Assembly: GCA_016872895.1 (NCBI GenBank)
Contig: VGYT01000001.1
Span: forward strand, 1-57,941
Reading direction: 5' to 3'
Origin: Planctomycetota bacterium
GTDB taxonomy: Bacteria > Planctomycetota > Phycisphaerae > FEN-1346
DNA length: 57,941 nt
Positions within the stretch are counted from its first letter, which is position 1; every line of letters begins with the position of its first letter. Made by a program: the position numbers and the translations under genes. Positions 1 through 7,589 of the stretch are shown here, one piece after another. The notes under the pieces were generated by a model that worked only from the letters and a program-made list of their open reading frames with translations, searched no databases and was not told the DNA's origin.

Positions 1-1
1 G

Positions 2-910
2 CCCGCGTGGGCGACCAGGGACCTGCGGGCGGGCATCATCGGCACAGACACGTCGCACGTGCCGGCGTTCACGGCCGCGCTCAGGTCGCACCCGGAATGG
101 AGAGTAAAGGTGGTCGCGGCGTTCAAGGGAGGCAGCCCCGACGTGCCGGCCAGCGCCGACCGCGTCGAGAAGTTCGCGGCCACGATACAGGAGAAGTACG
201 GCGTCGAGATCGTCGGCAGCATCGATGAACTGCTGCCGAAGGTGGACGCCGTCCTCCTTGAAAGCGTGGACGGCCGGCCGCACCTGGCCCAGGCCGCGCC
301 GGTCCTGAAGGCCGGCAAACGCCTGTTCATCGACAAGCCGCTGGCGGCCAGCCTGGACGACGCCCGCCGCATCGTGCAACTCTCGAAGGAGACGGGCACG
401 CCGTTTTTCAGTTCGTCCTCGTCGCGGTTTCACCCTGATATCCCCCGCCTGCGGGACAACCCCGGCGTGGGGAAGGTCTCCAGGGTCCAGGGCAGTTCTC
501 CGCTGAGCAAACTGGCGTTTCACCCCGACCTGTTCTTCTACGGCATCCACGGCGTGGAGGCCCTGTACGCGGTGATGGGGCGGGGGTGCGTCAGCGTGTC
601 GCGGAAGGCTGGGGCCGACGCCGACGTAACCACCGGCAAGTGGAAAGACGGGCGCGTGGGCGTGTACTACGGACCGCTCAAGGGCGAGAAACCGCCGATG
701 ATCCGCATCTGGGGCGAGCAGGGCACGGCGGAGCCTGCCGGCCAGGGCGGTTACGACGGCCTGGTGCGGGCGATCGCCGAGTTCTTCCACACCGGCCGCC
801 CGCCGGTTGACCCGGCGGAGACCATCGAAATATTCGAGTTCATGACGGCCGCCCAACTGAGCAACGAGCGTGGCGGCGCGGAAGTGCCGCTGGAGGAACT
901 TCGGAAATGA
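2..910 (+). CDS. Gfo/Idh/MocA-family oxidoreductase (5' end outside window)
   Basis: ORF 59..910. The same frame stays open back to nt 2 and reads LRAGIIGTDTSHVPAFT, the N-terminal Rossmann strand typical of this family, so the GTG at 59 is probably internal. LFIDKPLA motif. Stop overlaps the next start (ATGA at 907-910). Confidence 0.8.
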   Translation, partial: PAWATRDLRAGIIGTDTSHVPAFTAALRSHPEWRVKVVAAFKGGSPDVPASADRVEKFAATIQEKYGVEIVGSIDELLPKVDAVLLESVDGRPHLAQAAPVLKAGKRLFIDKPLAASLDDARRIVQLSKETGTPFFSSSSSRFHPDIPRLRDNPGVGKVSRVQGSSPLSKLAFHPDLFFYGIHGVEALYAVMGRGCVSVSRKAGADADVTTGKWKDGRVGVYYGPLKGEKPPMIRIWGEQGTAEPAGQGGYDGLVRAIAEFFHTGRPPVDPAETIEIFEFMTAAQLSNERGGAEVPLEELRK

Positions 911-2382
911 CGCCGACGCCGCTGTGCCGCCGGCGGTTCCTGAAGGCCGCGGCCGCGGGCGCCGCCGCCATGGCGCTTGGCGGGTGCGCCGCGGGCGCGG
1001 GGCGCAGCCCGCCCGGCTCGCCAGGGCGACGCCGTGGCCCGCCCGGCCGGCCGCCCAACATCCTGCTGGTCGTCTCCGACGACCAGGGCTACCGCGACCT
1101 GGGCTGTTTCGGTGGGCCGGAGGTCCGCACGCCGCACCTGGACCGCCTGGCGGCCCGCGGTGTGCGGCTGACGCGTTTCTACGTTGCGTGGCCGGCGTGC
1201 ACGCCGTCGCGCGGGGCGCTGCTGACCGGCCGCTACCCGCAGCGCAACGGCACCTACGACATGTTCCGCAACGACTCGGTGGACCAGGACCACCTGTACA
1301 CGCCCGATGAGTACGCCGTGTCGTGGGAGATGGTGGGCGGCATGGACACGCGCGAGGTCCTCCTGCCGCAGGCCCTCAAGGCCGCCGGGTACACGTGCGG
1401 CATCTTCGGCAAGTGGGACCTGGGGCAACTCAGGCGGTTCCTTCCGCTTCAGCGAGGCTTCGACGCCTTCTACGGGTTCACGAACACCGGCATCGACTAC
1501 TGGACGCACGAGAGGTACGGCGTGGGGTCGATGCGCCGCGGCAACGAGCCGACCACGGCCGACAAGGGCACGTACGCGACGGACCTTTTCCGGCGCGAGG
1601 CGGTCCGGTTCATCCGCGAGTGCGGGGACCGGCCGTTCTTCTGCTACGTGCCGTTCAATGCGCCCCACGCGGCGTCGAACCTGTCGCGTCCGCGTCCTGG
1701 CGTGCAGGCGCCGCCCGACTACGTGCGGGCGCACTACGGGCCGTACGATGACGGCATCGCCGACACGCCGCGAGCCCGCCGCCAGCGCTACATGGCCGCC
1801 GTCACGTACATGGACGAGGCCATCGGCGAAATCCTTCGGACGATCGACCAGAAGGGGCAGGCCGACAACACGATCGTCATTTTCTTCTCCGACAACGGCG
1901 GCGGCGGGGGGGCCGACAACGGGCCCCTTCGGGGCGGCAAGTCGCAACTGTTCGAGGGCGGCGTGCGGACGGCGTGCATCGCCGCGTGGCCGGGCGTCGT
2001 CCCGCCGGGGACCGTGTGCGACGAGTTCCTGACGGCGCTGGAGGTTTTTCCGACGCTTTGCGCGGCAGGGGGCGCGGCGCCGCCGGCGGGGGTCGCCCTG
2101 GACGGCTTCGACATGGCCGACGTGCTGGCCGGGCGGCGGGCGTCGCCCCGTCGCGAGATGTTCTGGCAGCGCGGCGGCGACAGGGCGGCCCGCGTCGGGC
2201 AGTGGAAGTGGGTCGATTCCGCGGCCGGCTCCGGCCTGTTCGACCTGTCGAAGGACCTCGGCGAGAAGGAGGACCTGTCGGCCGCGCGGCCCGACGTCCT
2301 CCGCATGGTCCAGTCGCGATTCGCCGCCTGGAAGAAGGCGATGGACGAGGCGGAGCCTCGCGGCCCGTTCCGCGACTTCTAA
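907..2382 (+). CDS. Sulfatase (arylsulfatase A family), Tat-type signal
   Basis: ORF 907..2382. RRRFLKAAAAGAAAMALGGCA signal; NILLVVSDDQG; formylglycine signature C-T-P-S-R in WPACTPSRGALLTGRYP; FFSDNGG. Confidence 0.9.
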   Translation: MTPTPLCRRRFLKAAAAGAAAMALGGCAAGAGRSPPGSPGRRRGPPGRPPNILLVVSDDQGYRDLGCFGGPEVRTPHLDRLAARGVRLTRFYVAWPACTPSRGALLTGRYPQRNGTYDMFRNDSVDQDHLYTPDEYAVSWEMVGGMDTREVLLPQALKAAGYTCGIFGKWDLGQLRRFLPLQRGFDAFYGFTNTGIDYWTHERYGVGSMRRGNEPTTADKGTYATDLFRREAVRFIRECGDRPFFCYVPFNAPHAASNLSRPRPGVQAPPDYVRAHYGPYDDGIADTPRARRQRYMAAVTYMDEAIGEILRTIDQKGQADNTIVIFFSDNGGGGGADNGPLRGGKSQLFEGGVRTACIAAWPGVVPPGTVCDEFLTALEVFPTLCAAGGAAPPAGVALDGFDMADVLAGRRASPRREMFWQRGGDRAARVGQWKWVDSAAGSGLFDLSKDLGEKEDLSAARPDVLRMVQSRFAAWKKAMDEAEPRGPFRDF

Positions 2383-2406
2383 TGCTATGGCGCCAGATGA
2401 GCGGAC

Positions 2407-2434
2407 GCGCGGCGGTTCAGGAGAACCGCCGCGC
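2407..2434. repeat. GCGCGGCGG..CCGCCGCGC-type hairpin
   Basis: GCGCGGCGGTTC-AGGA-GAACCGCCGCGC, starting 25 nt after the sulfatase stop. Confidence 0.85.
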
Positions 2435-2488
2435 AAGAAACGGGCCAGCATTGTTTCTGTTGGCGCCGCGATTTCGCGCCGGTGCCCG

Positions 2489-2567
2489 TCAGAGCCGCGA
2501 CCGTAAGGGAGCGGCGCCGTCGGGTGCCAAGCGCAACTACACCGCTCCCTCACGGTCGCGGCTCTGA
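2489..2567. terminator. Long hairpin between convergent genes (possible bidirectional terminator)
   Basis: TCAGAGCCGCGACCGTAAGGGAGCGG (2489-) pairs with CCGCTCCCTCACGGTCGCGGCTCTGA (-2567). About 26-bp arms with 1-2 mismatches and a 23-nt loop. No U-tract. It ends 10 nt before the nadD stop. Confidence 0.5.
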
Positions 2568-2576
2568 TGGCGGGCG

Positions 2577-3188
2577 TCAGAGGTAAAGGCCGTGGCGGGC
2601 GATGTAGGCGGCGACGCCGGCGGGGACGAGGCCGGCAATCGGGAGGCCGTCGCGGACCCGGCGGCGGATGTCGGTGGCGCTTATCGGAACGAGCGGCCCG
2701 AGGACGCGGCGGGCCAGGATTTCGCGGACGGCCGCCGGCCCGATGGCGGCCTCGAGGGCCGTCAGGTCGGGCGGCCCCTCGCACGGTCGCGGCAGGACCG
2801 CCACCTCCGCCAGGGAGAGGATGCCCGGCAGGTCCCGCCACGTGTGCAGTTGCGGCAGGTTGTCTTCGCCCACCAGGAGGATAAGTTTCGTGCTTGCGGG
2901 CACCCGCCGGGTAAAATACCGCAGCGTCAGGACGGTGTAGGACGGCTCCGCGCGGCGGATCTCAACGTCGGAGGCCTCCAGCCGCGGGATGCTTGCGCAG
3001 GCCAGCCGGCACATGGCCAGGCGGTGTTCTCCGGCGGCCGGTGCATGCCTGGGCCGATGAACGGGCGAGGCCGAGGGAACCAGGATGACCCGGTCCAGCC
3101 GCAAGTGATGCAGGGCGTACTGGGCGGGCACAATGTGCCCCAGGTGGACCGGGTCGAACGTGCCGCCCAAAATGCCGACGCGAAGCAT
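2577..3188 (-). CDS. nadD: Nicotinate-nucleotide adenylyltransferase
   Basis: Distal 203 codons of ORF 2577..4202(-). MLRVGILGGTFDPVHLGH (HxGH nucleotidyltransferase motif) and ISATDIRRR near the C-terminus. ATG is the complement of 3186-3188. The upstream part of the ORF is Arg/Pro-rich read-through. Confidence 0.9.
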   Translation of the reverse strand: MLRVGILGGTFDPVHLGHIVPAQYALHHLRLDRVILVPSASPVHRPRHAPAAGEHRLAMCRLACASIPRLEASDVEIRRAEPSYTVLTLRYFTRRVPASTKLILLVGEDNLPQLHTWRDLPGILSLAEVAVLPRPCEGPPDLTALEAAIGPAAVREILARRVLGPLVPISATDIRRRVRDGLPIAGLVPAGVAAYIARHGLYL

Positions 3189-3236
3189 AGGCGGCAGTAT
3201 GTGGCGGGCGGGCCTTGAAGTCAAGGAACGGGGGCC

Positions 3237-4019
3237 GTGCGGATTCCAGGTTGCAGATTGCAGGCCGGCGTGGGCGTGGCCGGCGTCTGCGTGGCGGCGG
3301 GGCTGGTACTCGCGGCGCTTGTCGCCGCGGCCTGGTCGGGCGAAGCGGCGGCGCCGGCACAGCCGAAGCCCGCGCCGGCCAAGGCGCCTGCCGCCGGCCC
3401 GGACGACATCATCTTCGTTGACGACGGCGCCGAGGGCCTGCCCGCGGGGCAGGGCGGGGCCAACCCCTTCGGCACGGCCCCGGCCGCCGAGCGCAGGGAC
3501 GCCGTGCCGGGCTACGTGGAACTCTCCACGGGCCTGAAGGTGCCCGGGCGGATTTACACGACGCGGGCCGCGCGGGTGAAGGTCTATAACCTCCAGCGCG
3601 AGATTTACGAGTTCGTGCCGGTGCCCGCCCTCAAGAGCATCGAGACGGCAATCGAGTGGGAGCGCATGGACAAGGAGTGGCGGTTCAAGGAGGCCGGCAA
3701 CCCGGAGAAGGTTTACAGCGGCCGCGAGTACCCGGTCCGCAAGGTGGCCTACACGCTGGTGCTGCGTAACGATCACCGCATCACGGGGCATATCCTGGGG
3801 GCGCCGCTGTACGCCGAGCACAACGGGAAGGTCGAGCGGTTCATCCTTCACGACCGCGACAAGGGGCCGATGGGTTCGACCCTCCAGGACCTCCATTACG
3901 TCAGGCGGGTGGAGTTCGGCGCGGAGGCGTATAACCGGGCGGTGGCGGAACTGAAGGCGAAGGCCGAGGCGGCCGCGAAATCGGGCGGGGCAGGGGGGCC
4001 GACGCCGGCGAAGAAGTAG
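3237..4019 (+). CDS. Hypothetical exported protein
   Basis: ORF 3237..4019 (GTG start). Hydrophobic signal-like N-terminus VAGVCVAAGLVLAALVAAAWS, an Ala/Pro linker, then balanced globular composition. No family recognised; exact start uncertain. Confidence 0.6.
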   Translation: MRIPGCRLQAGVGVAGVCVAAGLVLAALVAAAWSGEAAAPAQPKPAPAKAPAAGPDDIIFVDDGAEGLPAGQGGANPFGTAPAAERRDAVPGYVELSTGLKVPGRIYTTRAARVKVYNLQREIYEFVPVPALKSIETAIEWERMDKEWRFKEAGNPEKVYSGREYPVRKVAYTLVLRNDHRITGHILGAPLYAEHNGKVERFILHDRDKGPMGSTLQDLHYVRRVEFGAEAYNRAVAELKAKAEAAAKSGGAGGPTPAKK

Positions 4020-4063
4020 CAGGCGCCGCCGGACCGCGCCCGCCTGGCGTCTCCCGGCGCGAT

Positions 4064-4141
4064 GTGGCACGGCCGGCTTGTCCGGCCGTGGGAAACATCG
4101 GCGGGGGCGGGCCGCGGCCGGACAAGCCGGCCGTGCCACGG
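4064..4141. repeat. Head-to-head pair of GGCACGGCCGGCTTGTCCGGCCG-family palindromes
   Basis: GTGGCACGGCCGGCTTGTCCGGCCGTGG (4064-4092) and its near-exact inverted copy CCGCGGCCGGACAAGCCGGCCGTGCCACG (4112-4140). Confidence 0.9.
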
Positions 4142-4232
4142 GTCCTGCGGGCGGTTTGCAGCGAAGTCGCCGGACGCTTACCGGCCGGGGGAGCGGCCGC
4201 ACCCGGCCACGCGAGCAGAAGCGGGGCAGGGG

Positions 4233-5480
4233 ATGTCTATGTCACTTATCTACGTAGATGCCTTTTCCGGCGCGAGCGGCGACATGCTCCTCGGGGCCCT
4301 CCTGGACGCGGGCCTCGCGGAGGCCGACCTCCGGGCCTGCCTGGCTCGCCTGCCGCTTGAGGGCTACGACCTGGCCGTCCGCCGCGAGAAGCGCCTCGGC
4401 ATCGAGGCCGTGCGGGCCGAGGTCCGCCTGGCCGGCGAGGCGGGCGGCGGCCCCGGCCGCGCCTCCGCCGGCGCCCACGCCCACGGGCACAAGGCCGAGG
4501 TTCACGGCCGGCGCCTGCCCGAAATCCTGGCGATGATCGCGGCGGCGGGCCTGCCCGGCCGCGCGGCCGGGTGGGCCGACGCCGTCTTCCGGCGCCTCGC
4601 CCAGGCCGAGGCCAGGGTCCACGGCTCCCGGCCCGATGAAGTCCACTTCCACGAGGTCGGGGCGGTCGATAGCATTGTCGATATCTGCGGCGTATGCGCG
4701 GGCCTGGCGCTCCTTGGCATGGAGCGGCTGATTTCGAGCCCGCTGCCGATGGGCTCGGGCTACGTCAAGACCGCCCACGGACTTCTGCCTGTGCCGGCGC
4801 CGGCGGTGGTGGAACTGGTGCGGGGCTCGCCGACGCGGGCCTGCGAGGAGACGGGGGAACTTACCACGCCCACGGGCGCGGCCATCCTGGTGACGCTGGC
4901 CGAGCGGTTCGGGCCGATGCCCGCCATGATTCCCGAGCGCATCGGCTACGGGGCGGGCGCGCGGCAGGGGGAGCAAGCGCCGAACGTAGTGCGGGTCATC
5001 GTCGGCCGCGCGGCAGACGGCGGCCCGGCCGACGAAGCCGACGCCGTCTGGCTGCTGGAGGCGAACCTCGACGACGCCACGGGCGAGACGCTGGGCGCCG
5101 CGGCGCAGCGCCTCCTGGCCGCAGGGGCGCTCGACGTGTGGCTGGTGCCGGCGACGATGAAGAAGGGCCGGCCGGGGGTCGTCCTGGCGTGCCTCGTGGA
5201 CGATGCGGGGCTGCGGACGGTCGAAGAGACGATTTTCCGCGAGACGACTACGTTCGGCGTGCGGCGGACGCAGGTGATGCGCGCGAAACTGGCCCGCGAG
5301 CACGTGGCCGTGGACACGCCGTACGGCCCCGTGCGGATCAAGGTGGGCCGTCGAGGCGGCCGTGTCCTGGCGGCCATGCCGGAGTACGAGGACTGCCTGC
5401 GCCTGGCGGGCGAGCGGGGCGCGGCGTTCCGCGACGTGTACGAGGCGGCGCGGGCGGCGTGGGCGGCGCGGCAAGGGTAG
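4233..5480 (+). CDS. larC: Nickel-pincer cofactor nickel-insertion protein LarC (DUF111)
   Basis: ORF 4062..5480 trimmed to ATG 4233. MSMSLIYVDAFSGASGDMLLGALLDAGL is the LarC N-terminus; HFHEVGAVDSIVDI motif. The 57 upstream codons (MWHGRLVRPWE...) are translation of a palindromic repeat. Confidence 0.85.
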   Translation: MSMSLIYVDAFSGASGDMLLGALLDAGLAEADLRACLARLPLEGYDLAVRREKRLGIEAVRAEVRLAGEAGGGPGRASAGAHAHGHKAEVHGRRLPEILAMIAAAGLPGRAAGWADAVFRRLAQAEARVHGSRPDEVHFHEVGAVDSIVDICGVCAGLALLGMERLISSPLPMGSGYVKTAHGLLPVPAPAVVELVRGSPTRACEETGELTTPTGAAILVTLAERFGPMPAMIPERIGYGAGARQGEQAPNVVRVIVGRAADGGPADEADAVWLLEANLDDATGETLGAAAQRLLAAGALDVWLVPATMKKGRPGVVLACLVDDAGLRTVEETIFRETTTFGVRRTQVMRAKLAREHVAVDTPYGPVRIKVGRRGGRVLAAMPEYEDCLRLAGERGAAFRDVYEAARAAWAARQG

Positions 5481-5497
5481 GGGCAGGGGGCAGGCGC

Positions 5498-6688
5498 GTG
5501 GGCATCCTGGAGTGGGCCGTCCTGGTCATTGCCGCCGGGGTGCTGGCGGTGTGGGCGGGGCGGGCGATGCAGATTTACTCGCCGCGCTCGCGCGGGCCGG
5601 TCCTTTCGCGCGACACCATCGACGACGTGCCGCCGTCGGGCCTCGTCTCGATCATCATGCCGGCGAAGGACGAGGAGGCGAACGTCGCGGCCGCGCTCGA
5701 GACGCTCCTGGCTCAGGATTATCCCGATATCGAGATCATTGTGGTCGATGACCGCAGCCGCGACCGGACGGCGGAGATCGTGCGTGCCGCCGCCGCCCGC
5801 GACGTGCGGGTGCGCCTGGTCCAGGTCCGGGAACTCCCGCCCGGCTGGTTCGGCAAGCCGCACGCCATGCAGGCGGGGGCGCGCGAGGCGCGGGGGGGGT
5901 GGCTGCTCTTCGTGGACGCCGACTGCCGCCAGGCCCCGCACAGCGTGCGCGCGGCGGTCAACTTCCTGGCGAAGCGCGGGGGCGAGATGCTCAGCCTCTG
6001 GCCCGTCCTGGAGATGCACGGGTTCTGGGAGAACGCCATCCAGCCGGTGGCCGGGTCGGTGCTGGTGGCGTGGTTCCGGCCGGCGTGGGTGAACAACCCC
6101 AGGCGGCGTGCGGCGTTTGCGAACGGGCAGTACATTCTCATCCGCCGCGACACGCACGAGGCCCTGGGCGGCCACGGGGCGGTGCGCGACGAGATCGTCG
6201 AGGACATCGCCCTTGCGCGGCTGGCGAAGCGCAGGGGGCACAGGCTGTGGAACGCCATCGGGCAGGACCTCTTTACGACGCGCATGTATGATTCGTTGCG
6301 GGCCATGTACAAGGGCTGGACGCGGATTTACTGCGGGGCCTTCAAGAGCGTCTGGCGGCTCCTGGGCGTGATGACGCTGACGTGCCTCTTTACGCTGGCG
6401 CCGTTTGCGGCGCTTGCGGCGGCGGCCGCGGCGATGGCGGCGGGCGACTCGCGGCCGTTCACCGCGGCCCTGTTCGCGCTGGCGCTTGCGACGGCGGCGC
6501 TGGTGCTCGTGACGATGCGGCGGTACTTCCTGGCGGGGCGGGCGAACCCGTGGTACCTCTTTTTCTATCCGCCCGCGGTGGTGATGGTGATGGCGTTTCA
6601 GTTCGGGGCGATGATGCGGGCGCTGGGCCTGCGCGGCGTAACCTGGCGCGGCACAACGTACAAGGGCGGGCGGGTGGTTTCCGGGTAG
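5498..6688 (+). CDS. Glycosyltransferase family 2, membrane-anchored
   Basis: ORF 4694..6688 trimmed to in-frame GTG 5498 (TM helix [19 protein letters not shown]). [26 protein letters not shown] and FVDADC give a GT-A/GT2 layout. Several C-terminal TM helices. Confidence 0.85.
   Translation: MGILEWAVLVIAAGVLAVWAGRAMQIYSPRSRGPVLSRDTIDDVPPSGLVSIIMPAKDEEANVAAALETLLAQDYPDIEIIVVDDRSRDRTAEIVRAAAARDVRVRLVQVRELPPGWFGKPHAMQAGAREARGGWLLFVDADCRQAPHSVRAAVNFLAKRGGEMLSLWPVLEMHGFWENAIQPVAGSVLVAWFRPAWVNNPRRRAAFANGQYILIRRDTHEALGGHGAVRDEIVEDIALARLAKRRGHRLWNAIGQDLFTTRMYDSLRAMYKGWTRIYCGAFKSVWRLLGVMTLTCLFTLAPFAALAAAAAAMAAGDSRPFTAALFALALATAALVLVTMRRYFLAGRANPWYLFFYPPAVVMVMAFQFGAMMRALGLRGVTWRGTTYKGGRVVSG
6646..6678. 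repeat. Direct repeat copy 1 (33 nt, last codons of the GT2 gene)
   Basis: GCGCGGCACAACGTACAAGGGCGGGCGGGTGGT. It matches 7452-7484 at 31/33 positions. Confidence 0.9.
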
Positions 6689-6762
6689 GGCGGCGGCCAC
6701 AGCGACCACACGGGCGGCAGGCTTGCGGCGAGGAGTTTCTTGAGTACCTCCTTCGCGCAAGA

Positions 6763-6771
6763 TGCGATAAT
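6763..6771 (+). promoter_or_regulatory. Possible extended -10 box upstream of the TA pair
   Basis: TGcGATAAT lies in a locally AT-richer patch about 36 nt upstream of the mntA ATG (6807). No convincing -35. Confidence 0.3.
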
Positions 6772-6806
6772 AAGAGCAGGGACAGGCGTGAAGGGGGCGT
6801 TCTTCG

Positions 6807-7119
6807 ATGGTGCGTGGGCGGCTGGAAATCCCGGACGAGGCGCTGGCCGATTTCTGTCGGCGGTGGAAGATCCAGGAACTCGCCCTGTTCGGCTCGGCGC
6901 TGCGCGACGATTTCCGGCCCGACAGACGTGGACTTCCTTGTCACCTTCGCCCCGGACGCGCACTGGAGCCTGCTGGACGTCGTCGGAATTGAAGAGGAAC
7001 TTGGCAGGCTCGTCGGCCGCAAGGTTGACCTCGTCAGCCGCCAGGCCGTTGAGCAAAGCGACAACTGGATTCGCCGCAAGCACATCCTGGGCACTGCCGA
7101 GGTGATCTATGTGGCGTGA
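6807..7119 (+). pseudogene. mntA: MntA-type minimal nucleotidyltransferase antitoxin, frameshifted
   Basis: Two track pieces lie in different frames. The first runs from 6807 to about 6923 (...[20 protein letters not shown]). The second runs from about 6925 to 7119 ([38 protein letters not shown]...). They join only by skipping A6924 or restoring 2 nt, exactly inside the GS...SDxD catalytic motif. Confidence 0.75.
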
Positions 7120-7450
7120 CCCTGCAACGCTCCTTGATATAGCCAAGGCCGTCCGCCTGATTCAGGAGTTCAAGCGCGGCCTGGACCGGGCGGCGTTCCT
7201 GAAAGACCCCATGGTGCAGGCGGCCGTTTTGCACGAAATCACGGTGCTGGGCGAAGCCGTTAAGCGTCTGTCCAAGGAGTTCCGCGAGTCTCATCCGCAC
7301 ATCCCCTGGCAGGATATCGCGGGCATGCGGGACAAACTGACCCACGCCTACGACAAAGTCAATCTCAACCAAGTGTGGGATATAACGGAGTCGGACATCC
7401 CGCAATTGAAGTCCTGGATTGACCCGCTGCTGCCGCCGAAGGAAGACTGA
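7109..7450 (+). CDS. hepT: HepT (DUF86) RNase toxin
   Basis: ORF 7109..7450 overlaps the mntA end by 11 nt. R-x4-H-x-Y motif present (MRDKLTHAY). Size of 113 aa is typical. Confidence 0.85.
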   Translation: MWRDPATLLDIAKAVRLIQEFKRGLDRAAFLKDPMVQAAVLHEITVLGEAVKRLSKEFRESHPHIPWQDIAGMRDKLTHAYDKVNLNQVWDITESDIPQLKSWIDPLLPPKED

Positions 7451-7451
7451 C

Positions 7452-7484
7452 GCGCGGCACGACGTACAGGGGCGGGCGGGTGGT
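7452..7484. repeat. Direct repeat copy 2 (33 nt)
   Basis: GCGCGGCACGACGTACAGGGGCGGGCGGGTGGT starts 1 nt after the hepT stop. In frame it reads RGTTYRGGRVVGEQNW... and runs to a stop near 7550. Confidence 0.9.
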
Positions 7485-7589
7485 GGGCGAGCAGAACTGG
7501 CGGCGCGGCCGGCGTGAAGGGGATCGACGCCCTCCGCGGCCAGTCGTATAACCTATTGTCAAGGGCCAACGGGTGGAAGGAGGCCGGCC

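Noticed and set aside
751-2841. 696-aa ORF on the minus strand, plus similar very long ORFs: 14343-16478(-), 17374-18891(-), 18904-20586(-), 26642-28333(-), 28386-30569(+), 30541-32475(+), 36156-37643(-), 48158-49831(-), 54938-56302(-) and 56348-57766(-).
   Set aside because: All are antisense to, or out of frame with, genes that have clear family motifs. Their translations are Arg/Pro/Gly/Ala-rich low-information strings typical of stop-codon-poor alternative frames in high-GC DNA.
4062-4232. N-terminal extensions of real genes in the ORF track: larC from 4062, GT2 from 4694, nadD up to 4202, sulfatase from 53480, mtnP up to 43378 and the exported protein from 40843.
   Set aside because: The extensions translate palindromic or heptad repeats, or neighbouring genes in another frame. 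Family-typical N-termini with RBS-like sequences occur at the internal starts used in the feature table.
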